From NCBI GenBank assembly GCA_043732185.1, contig JAYTHY010000030.1:1-14927 (forward strand): 14,927 nucleotides of DNA. Reading direction: 5' to 3'. Below the pieces are notes generated by a model. The model was not told the DNA's origin, did no database searches, and worked only from the letters and a program-made list of their open reading frames with translations. The first letter of the stretch is position 1, and every line of letters starts with the position of its first letter. This document shows positions 8,336 through 14,927 of the stretch, in pieces. The stretch comes from Fibrobacteria bacterium (GTDB lineage Bacteria; Fibrobacterota; Fibrobacteria; UBA11236). A program made the position numbers and the translations under genes.

Positions 8336-9355
8336 GTGAACCCAATGCCAAAATTCATTTTCCTTGCCTGCCTGTGTGTTGTCTTATCGCTGGGCTGTGT
8401 GAAACGTGATAAAGCGGACGAAGAAAATGGATCAGGTGCCGGAGCGGCCCCCGTCGTCGATGTCAAATTGGACTCGCTTATCGTTGGCTCCATAGAGGAT
8501 TGTATTATCGCCACCGGAAAAACCGATGTATTAAAACGCGAAAACATCGCCTCCCCGTTTGCAGGTAAGATTTTAAGCCTAAAGGCAACGGAAGGAATGT
8601 CCGTTAAGCCTGGTGAGGTCGTGGCCGTAATCCGTACCAAAGAGTCGGAATCAGCGATGGATGGCGCCGAGACATTGCTTCGCGAGGCCCATTCGGAAGC
8701 GGAAAAAAGTGATGCGCAGCGGGCCTTGGAGCTGGCCCGTTCGACCCAGAGTACCGTTTCCCTGCGAGCCAAACAAGGTGGCGTTGTTTCCAGTCGCTTG
8801 GTTCAGGAAGGGGAGCAGGTTTCGGAAAATGAAAATCTAATGAGCATCCTCGATCTCAGTACTTTGGACTTCCAGGCGGAGGTGCCGCTTACCAATGTTG
8901 GTGCCGTTCGTGTTGGACAAGCAGTTGTAGTCAGTTTACAAAGTCTTCCCGGCAAGGATTTCAATGCTCGCGTCGATGCCATTTTGCCGCAAATTCAAGC
9001 GCTGAGTCAAACCCTCTCCATCCGCTTAAAGTTTACCCCTACCAAAGGATCCGATATCGGTATACAAAATCTGCTCAAGACGGATATGTTCGGGGAAGCG
9101 CGAATCATACTTTCAACCCGTCCACGGGTACTTTTGGCCCCAAAGGCCGCGCTCTTAAGAAATGACGAGGATGGCTCCTATTCCTTACTGACGGTAGGTG
9201 CCGATACAGTAGCGCATAGTGTCACGGTGCAGGCAGGTGCGGTCCAAGGAACAAGAATTGAAGTTGTGGCAGATGGCTTAATGGCTGGTGTTAAAGTCGT
9301 CGTGCAGGGCCAACATGGAATGGCTGATTCCACCAAAGTTCATCCCGTCCCATGA
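8336..9355 (+). CDS. RND efflux periplasmic adaptor (membrane fusion) lipoprotein
   Basis: AAGGAG at 8324-8329 precedes GTG 8336. Lipobox LSLGC, lipoyl half-motifs IASPFAGKI..EGMSVKPGE and LRAKQGGVV..EGEQV, and a short alpha-hairpin. Confidence 0.93.
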   Translation: MNPMPKFIFLACLCVVLSLGCVKRDKADEENGSGAGAAPVVDVKLDSLIVGSIEDCIIATGKTDVLKRENIASPFAGKILSLKATEGMSVKPGEVVAVIRTKESESAMDGAETLLREAHSEAEKSDAQRALELARSTQSTVSLRAKQGGVVSSRLVQEGEQVSENENLMSILDLSTLDFQAEVPLTNVGAVRVGQAVVVSLQSLPGKDFNARVDAILPQIQALSQTLSIRLKFTPTKGSDIGIQNLLKTDMFGEARIILSTRPRVLLAPKAALLRNDEDGSYSLLTVGADTVAHSVTVQAGAVQGTRIEVVADGLMAGVKVVVQGQHGMADSTKVHPVP

Positions 9356-12300
9356 ACAACGGCTTCTCCCCGATAGATTTTTTGCGGCGGCACGCTAAGG
9401 CGTTTCTCTTTTTGATTGTGCTTTTTGCTTTGTCAGGCCTAGTCCTCTTTAAGCAAATGCCCGTCTCACTCTTTCCTGATATCACTTTTCCACGCATCAC
9501 TATTCTAGCGGATAACGGGGAACAGCCGGTGGAACGCATGATGGTTGAGGTTACCAAACCCTTGGAGGAAGTAGCCAGTTCACTCCCGGGGGTTCGGGAA
9601 GTGCGTTCGATTACTGGGCGGGGATCGACCGAAATTTCTTTGTTTCTGGAATGGAACTCAAATATTTTACAATCGCTACAGACTTTACAAGGAAAGATTT
9701 CCGATATCCGGAATACCCTACCTTCTGCAGCATCCGTTAAGGCCGAACAAATGACGGTGTCGGTTTTTCCGGTGATGGGATATAGCCTTGCCTCTTCCCA
9801 GAGGAGCCTAGTGGAGCTCAGGGATATGGCCCTTTACCAGGTGCGCCCGGACTTGCTGCGAGTACCGGGAGTAGCGAAGGTGGAAATCACTGGGGGCAAA
9901 ACCAGGGAATATCTGGTGGCGTGTCTGCCCGCCAAACTTCAGAGTTACGGGATTACGGCCAGTCAGGTTTCCGAAGCCATCGCCAAGTCCAATCAGGTCA
10001 GTGCTTCCGGGCTACTAGAAGACAACTATCAGATTTATCTAACCTTGGCTTCAGAGACACTAACCGATTTAGACGCAATTCTCAGTTCGACTGTCGCGAT
10101 AAAAAACGGTGTCCCGATTCCAGTTTCTGCGGTGGCGGAGGTTAAGACTTCCATTCAAGATGAATTGATTCGCACAACGGCTCAGGGTGGAGAGGCAGTA
10201 CTTATTACGGTAATGAAGCAGCCGAAAGGAAGCACGGTACGCATCGGAGCGGAAATAAAGGCGCGCTTCGAAAAATTAAAATTGCCGCCTGATGTGCATA
10301 TTGAAAATTTCTACGATCAAGGCGATTTTATCCGCGGATCCATTTCCTCAACCAAGGACAGTATTCTCATAGGCATGGCGCTGGCCATGTTCGTCCTGTT
10401 CCTGTTCCTGCGCAGTTGGAGGGTCACCTTAGTAGTCGCTTTGGTGGTACCCTGTACCTTGGCCGCTACCTTGGCCATCCTACATGTTATGGGCCAGTCC
10501 GTAAATATCATGACCTTAGGTGGAATTGCGGCGGCGGTAGGCCTCCTAATCGACGATTCCATTGTAGTTCTGGAAAACATTTTTTTTCATATGGGCCACG
10601 GCACAACTTCAGAAGCGGTTTCGCACCAAGGCTTCCAAAAAGCTGCCGACCTTTCTCTAAAGGAAATGTTCGGAGCAATACTCGGTTCCACAGCCACGAC
10701 GCTGGTTATTTATGTCCCATTGGCATTTCTGGGAGGCCTAACCGGTAGCTTTTTCGCGCCCCTCTCCATTACCATGGTCATAGCCTTGACTTTGTCTTTT
10801 CTTTTTTCCATTACCTTAACGCCGCTTCTGGCATCCAAATTCATTGGGAAACGGGATGTGGAACGAGAGCGGGAAAAGGAAGTGCGATATGCTGCCCTGG
10901 GAGCCCGGTATGAAAAATTATTGCACTGGCTTTTGCGGTTTCGCTGGCTGATTGCGCCTGCCGCATTAGTAATTCTGGGGTGCTCGTGGCTTATTTACAA
11001 AAATGTGGGTAGCGGTTTTCTCCCGGATATGGATGAAGGAACTTTTATAATGGATTATGAGTCTCCTCCAGGAACGTCTTTGGCTGAGACGGGCCGGGTG
11101 CTTGCGCAAGTGGACAAAATCATCATGGCCGTTCCAGAGGTAGAGTCCTATTCCTGCCGAACTGGAACTCAGTTGGGATTCTTCCTTACCGAGCCGAATT
11201 CCGGGGACTATACCATCAAACTCAATAAAAATCGAAACCGGAAAATTGAGGAAGTGATTTCGGAGGTAAGGAGTAAAATTGAAGGCAGCCTTCCTGCCCT
11301 GCGCGTAGACTTCGGCCAATTGATGGCGGACGTTATCGGAGATCTCGCCAATAACCCGCTCCCAATCGAGATTAAATTATTTGGTGAGGATCAAGCCTTG
11401 GTTCAGAACGTCGCCAAGCAAGTGAAGATAAAAATTGAAACCGTACACGGTGTGGTGGACGCATTCAGCGGCATCGTGATTTCCGGGCCGTCTTTTTTAA
11501 TCCATATCGATGAAAGGAAAGCCGGCTTAGCGGGTTTTTCTCCCGGAGAGGTATCGGAAAATCTGCAACTCATACAATCGGGCCGGGCAGATTCGCATGT
11601 ACAAATCGGAGAAAAGCTCATCCCCATTCGCGTGCGTTACCCCGATGCGTACCGGAAAAATATGGACAAACTTAAAAGCCTTGTTCTGCTGAATACGGCT
11701 GCCATACCTATACCCCTGAGCCGCATCGCTACCTTTGAAGTGGTTCCTGGGCAAGCGGAGCTGCGTAGAAATGGATTGCGACCTTTTGTCGCGGTAACGG
11801 CGCGTATCGAAGGGCGCGACCTCGGTAGTACGATTGCCGAAATCCAGGCATTGCTCAAGCGGGAATTACACTTGCCACCTGGCATGTCTATTGAATATGG
11901 TGGACTCTATGAGACCCAGCAGGAATCCTTCCTAGGTCTGATGTGGGTGGCCCTTGTCGCGGTCCTTTTGGTATTTGCTGTGCTCCTCATTGAGTTCCGG
12001 GAATTTGCCGTTCCCGTTTCCATTTTGATTATTAATGCGATGTCGCTCTTCGGTGTTGTCGCGGCATTGTGGATTACCGGGGTTAGCTTCAATGTTTCCA
12101 GCTTTGTGGGCCTTATCATGATTATCGGCATCGTAGCCGAAAATGCGGTATTCCTCATGCATTATGTGCATATCAATCAGCAAAGAGGCATGACCCTAGA
12201 CGATGCATTAGTGCAAGCCGTTAAAGTGCGTACCCGTCCCATCCTCATGACCATGCTGGCCGCAGTATCCGCCTTGCTGCCTTTGTCCTTGGGTCTTGGT

Positions 12301-12435
12301 GCCGGTTCGCAAATGCAACAACCACTTGCCATCGCCGTAATCGGCGGATTTGCAACCTCAAGTTTTCTACTGCTCTTCGGCCTTCCTATGGTTTACAAAA
12401 TCCTTAAGGGGAGTGGATCGAGCGTCATTCATTGA
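9352..12435 (+). CDS. RND efflux permease (AcrB/CzcA/CusA superfamily)
   Basis: 1027 aa with two large periplasmic loops. Motifs FPDITFP, NIMTLGG, GLLIDDSIVVLENI, GFLPDMDEG, RTRPILMT and PLAIAVIGG. ATGA overlap with the adaptor gene. Confidence 0.97.
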   Translation: MNNGFSPIDFLRRHAKAFLFLIVLFALSGLVLFKQMPVSLFPDITFPRITILADNGEQPVERMMVEVTKPLEEVASSLPGVREVRSITGRGSTEISLFLEWNSNILQSLQTLQGKISDIRNTLPSAASVKAEQMTVSVFPVMGYSLASSQRSLVELRDMALYQVRPDLLRVPGVAKVEITGGKTREYLVACLPAKLQSYGITASQVSEAIAKSNQVSASGLLEDNYQIYLTLASETLTDLDAILSSTVAIKNGVPIPVSAVAEVKTSIQDELIRTTAQGGEAVLITVMKQPKGSTVRIGAEIKARFEKLKLPPDVHIENFYDQGDFIRGSISSTKDSILIGMALAMFVLFLFLRSWRVTLVVALVVPCTLAATLAILHVMGQSVNIMTLGGIAAAVGLLIDDSIVVLENIFFHMGHGTTSEAVSHQGFQKAADLSLKEMFGAILGSTATTLVIYVPLAFLGGLTGSFFAPLSITMVIALTLSFLFSITLTPLLASKFIGKRDVEREREKEVRYAALGARYEKLLHWLLRFRWLIAPAALVILGCSWLIYKNVGSGFLPDMDEGTFIMDYESPPGTSLAETGRVLAQVDKIIMAVPEVESYSCRTGTQLGFFLTEPNSGDYTIKLNKNRNRKIEEVISEVRSKIEGSLPALRVDFGQLMADVIGDLANNPLPIEIKLFGEDQALVQNVAKQVKIKIETVHGVVDAFSGIVISGPSFLIHIDERKAGLAGFSPGEVSENLQLIQSGRADSHVQIGEKLIPIRVRYPDAYRKNMDKLKSLVLLNTAAIPIPLSRIATFEVVPGQAELRRNGLRPFVAVTARIEGRDLGSTIAEIQALLKRELHLPPGMSIEYGGLYETQQESFLGLMWVALVAVLLVFAVLLIEFREFAVPVSILIINAMSLFGVVAALWITGVSFNVSSFVGLIMIIGIVAENAVFLMHYVHINQQRGMTLDDALVQAVKVRTRPILMTMLAAVSALLPLSLGLGAGSQMQQPLAIAVIGGFATSSFLLLFGLPMVYKILKGSGSSVIH

Positions 12436-12491
12436 TGTTAAAATGTTTTTTGGCCTTGCCATCTACGTCTGGCAAGCAAAGGCTGATACGG

Positions 12492-12941
12492 CTATTCTTC
12501 ATCGACAAATGTGCCATCTTCATTGAAGGTGGCTTCATGCTTGGTGATCTTATCCTTGAAAGCCAGCTCGTATTGAACTCCCCCCTGCTCCTTAGTTTGC
12601 TTGAGGGCCCGGTTCACCTTCATAGTAGGATATTTTTCGGAAAAGCCCTTGAGCACAACTTTGGGTACCATCCTAACTCCAATCTGCACTTCGGTCTGGA
12701 TTAGCGTTCCTTCGGGAGAAATGTCGAGCTCGGTTTTATTGAGGCGCTTGGTATTAAACCTTATTTCGTACTGCATTTTCCCATCTTCTTTTTCCAATTT
12801 GCAGGAGGAAATTTTAACCCCCGGGTACGCCTTTTCCGCGGTCGCTAGAACTTCGCTTGGACAGGAAGCTTTGGCCGATATTGGGCTAAGCATAACCATT
12901 ACTCCAAAAGCGCTATATAAATATGATTTCCAAGTATTCAC
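12492..12941 (-). CDS. Periplasmic PepSY-like/BLIP-like (DUF2874-type) two-repeat protein
   Basis: GAGG lies 6 nt before GTG 12941, preferred over 13037. Signal peptide ending ..SAKA|S. Two repeats: P..V......YP..KI....E......YEI.F......ELDISPEG and P..V...F..KYP..KV........YEL.F......EATFNEDG. Confidence 0.83.
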   Translation of the reverse strand: MNTWKSYLYSAFGVMVMLSPISAKASCPSEVLATAEKAYPGVKISSCKLEKEDGKMQYEIRFNTKRLNKTELDISPEGTLIQTEVQIGVRMVPKVVLKGFSEKYPTMKVNRALKQTKEQGGVQYELAFKDKITKHEATFNEDGTFVDEE

Positions 12942-13167
12942 AATGGACCTCTTTTCAGTTTGTTCACTGTGAATATATATGAATGGAATACAGACGGCCA
13001 ATAGTAAAAACATGGGGCAGACTAATCTCCGTTCCACAACATTAATTTTTCCACAGAAAAAAAATCTTGTTCTGGATACCGGATAAACCTAGGTTAGGCT
13101 CAAATGAAGATTGGTCATAACACCTCTGATATTTATGCAGGTTCAAAGCAAAATCAGAAAATAGGCT

Positions 13168-13205
13168 TTTGCCTCCATGTCAATTATTTGCCTTTATGTC
13201 AATTA
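13168..13205. repeat. 19-bp tandem direct repeat, candidate upstream activator sequence for a sigma54 enhancer-binding protein
   Basis: tttgcctccatgtcaatta (13168-13186) and tttgcctttatgtcaatta (13187-13205) are 17/19 identical and lie 80-120 bp upstream of the -24 element. Confidence 0.7.
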
Positions 13206-13284
13206 TCTGGCTGGTTGATACTTAGCGAATTCCCAAGTTTGGCCGAATTCACTTGATTATACCTAGTTGGGCTTTAACCACAGT

Positions 13285-13300
13285 TGGCACGTGAATCGCT
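13285..13300 (+). promoter_or_regulatory. sigma54 (RpoN) -24/-12 promoter
   Basis: TGGCAC-GTGAA-TCGCT against consensus TGGCAC-N5-TTGCW, with exact GG-N10-GC spacing. It ends 75 nt before ATG 13376. Confidence 0.78.
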
Positions 13301-13375
13301 TTTAGCAGGATTGCAATAAAAATTCTGGAGTGTCGCCCTTTGGCCTTCTTACACAACGAATTGAAAGGATTGATT

Positions 13376-14927
13376 ATGATGAAAACCTCCGGACCGGGTT
13401 CCTACCCATTGGCCACTGTCCTATTGGCAGTTGCCATACTTTCAGCCGCGACTTCGGCCCAAACGGTGGTGAAAAAAGAGGAGAAACCTTGGAATGCTCC
13501 TTCGGGTGCATCGCGAAATCGCAACCCCTTACCCGCCGATGAGAAAACTATCACCGCAGGCAAACAACTTTTTACAACAAATTGCGTGGCTTGCCATGGC
13601 GCCTTGGGCAATGGAGACGGCCCTGCCGCTGGAGCCCTGGATCGCCATCCCGGAATCCTTTCCAACCCTAAGATGTGGAGCGAAAGCGATGGCGGCCTGT
13701 TTTGGAAAATCACCAATGGCAATACACCCATGCCGTACTTCCGTGATATTCTCACCACGGACCAAAGGTGGCAGGTGATCCATTATATTCGCACCTTGGC
13801 TCCCAAACCCACGGACAATGCGACCACCGCTAATGCTACCAACACACCATCCGGAAAAATGGTTGCTTTAGATAAAATGACCATAAAAGATGCGGATCAT
13901 CTGAATCAGGAGGCGGATAATTCCAAAGCTCTGGGCCAGAACAATTCGGATTCGATGGCCAAGGAGCTTAAGGATATCAGAGAAGCTGTGAACGACCTTG
14001 ATCAAGAACTTTTCAATGTCAAAAAAATGGCCAAGGAATCCAATCCCGGCACGACAAAAATGCTTATTGGCGGCTATGGGACCGCCAAATTTGAAGGCGA
14101 CAAGGTGAGCGGTGGAAAACGCCAAAACGCTTTCGGTGCAGCCTTCAATCCGCTGCTGCTTTGGAAGATAAGCGATCGCATTCTCTTCGAAGGCGAGATT
14201 GAACTTCAATTGGAAGGCAGTGAATCCACCGTGAACCTGGAGGTCGCCCAAGTCTCCTACCTTTTGAATGACTATATGACATTGGGAGCGGGTCGCTTTC
14301 TCATTCCCATGAACTTCTTCGTAGAACGCCAGCACATGGGCTGGGTCAATCGCTTTGCGGACAAGCCACTTGCCGTATACGACGGTTTATTGCCGGAATC
14401 GCAATTGGGATTGCAACTGCGCGGCGGAATCCCCGCTGGTCCGGTAAAATTCGAATATTCACTTTACCTGGTGAATCCTCCCACGCTGAATATGGAGGAC
14501 TCCTTGGCGTACGGTACGCTCGAGTTCGACGATTTAAGCAACAAGAACAATAATATGGCCACCGGTGGTCGCATTGGATTCATGCCTGTGCCCCATTTCG
14601 AAATCGGCTACGGATTGCAAAATTCAGACGTAGGCCCACAAGCGACAAATATCAAGGCTCTATTACAAAGTGTGGATGTAAACGCCATTTGTGAGTCGCG
14701 AAGCATTGAGGGTCAGCTCAATATCCGCGGCCAATGGGTATGGCAACATGTTGACAATGTAATGTACGATGCGGATTCCGCTTTTGGATTTGGACCAAAG
14801 ACCTTTAATAATCGAAGAAACGGTGGCTACGCCTCTCTTTCCTATCGTCCCGAATATCTCAAAAACGAATACCTGCAAAAACTAGAGGCTGGTATACGCT
14901 TTGATATGCTCAACCAGAAAGAAACCT
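13376..14927 (+). CDS. Monoheme cytochrome c fused to an outer-membrane porin-like beta-barrel (3' end beyond window; absent from the ORF track)
   Basis: Hand translation is open for 517 codons after RBS GAAAGGA. It gives a signal peptide (..AILSAATSA|Q), WNAP...NPLP...GKQLF...CVACHG..GNGDGP...SDGGLFWKITNGNTPMP...RWQVIHYIRTL, a T/N/A linker, a coiled coil and then amphipathic beta-strands (MLIGGYG, FNPLLLW, LFEGEIE, GLQLRG, GGRIGF, GGYASLSY). Confidence 0.9.
   Translation, partial: MMKTSGPGSYPLATVLLAVAILSAATSAQTVVKKEEKPWNAPSGASRNRNPLPADEKTITAGKQLFTTNCVACHGALGNGDGPAAGALDRHPGILSNPKMWSESDGGLFWKITNGNTPMPYFRDILTTDQRWQVIHYIRTLAPKPTDNATTANATNTPSGKMVALDKMTIKDADHLNQEADNSKALGQNNSDSMAKELKDIREAVNDLDQELFNVKKMAKESNPGTTKMLIGGYGTAKFEGDKVSGGKRQNAFGAAFNPLLLWKISDRILFEGEIELQLEGSESTVNLEVAQVSYLLNDYMTLGAGRFLIPMNFFVERQHMGWVNRFADKPLAVYDGLLPESQLGLQLRGGIPAGPVKFEYSLYLVNPPTLNMEDSLAYGTLEFDDLSNKNNNMATGGRIGFMPVPHFEIGYGLQNSDVGPQATNIKALLQSVDVNAICESRSIEGQLNIRGQWVWQHVDNVMYDADSAFGFGPKTFNNRRNGGYASLSYRPEYLKNEYLQKLEAGIRFDMLNQKET

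Noticed and set aside
6482..8772. Long antisense ORFs (6482-7111, 7498-7866, 8281-8772) and similar ones inside the RND gene
   Set aside because: They lie opposite well-supported genes and show no domain features, as expected for antisense shadows.
12455..12476. Hairpin CTTGCCA-N8-TGGCAAG between the convergent RND and PepSY-like genes
   Set aside because: No U-tract follows it on either strand, so it is not called as an intrinsic terminator. It may still stabilise a transcript end.
13032..13095. TTCCACA twice (one DnaA-box-like TTTTCCACA at 13047-13055) and palindrome AACCTAGGTT at 13086-13095
   Set aside because: There is only one box-like match and no origin context. Motifs this short are expected by chance.
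13245..13258. Possible IHF site between the repeat and the sigma54 promoter
   Set aside because: The minus strand reads AATCAA-GTGA-ATT, which misses the TTR of WATCAA-N4-TTR. Too weak to call.
13376..13810. Calling the cytochrome-porin fusion Cyc2
   Set aside because: The heme motif is about 40 residues into the mature protein, inside a full class I fold with a long linker, and the short Cyc2-type N-terminal motif is absent. Iron oxidation cannot be asserted.
13330..14878. Short track ORFs 13330-13542, 13402-13758, 13494-13778, 13529-13783, 13868-14335 and 14663-14878
   Set aside because: They are alternate-frame or antisense shadows of the long 13376 ORF and have no recognisable motifs.

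Overview
A bacterial cell-envelope and signalling region with no rRNA, tRNA, CRISPR or recognisable mobile element. In order it holds: the 3' end of a sensor kinase; an operon encoding a His-rich four-helix membrane protein, a YceI-family protein and a TonB-dependent receptor truncated near nt 2400; a lower-GC stretch with a membrane-anchored Cys4 zinc-ribbon-like protein, a stand-alone receiver protein and a small protein behind a near-consensus sigma28 promoter; a beta-barrel gene, a QseB/QseC-like two-component pair and a TolC/adaptor/RND efflux set; and a PepSY-like periplasmic protein on the minus strand. The most striking element is missing from the supplied ORF track because it runs off the window end. 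It is an ORF from 13376 to beyond 14927 (at least 517 aa, translated by hand) that fuses a complete class I monoheme cytochrome c (CVACH, distal Met) through a linker and coiled coil to an outer-membrane beta-barrel. It follows a sigma54 -24/-12 motif and a 19-bp tandem repeat placed where an enhancer would sit. Family calls come from motif recognition only; no database searches were run.
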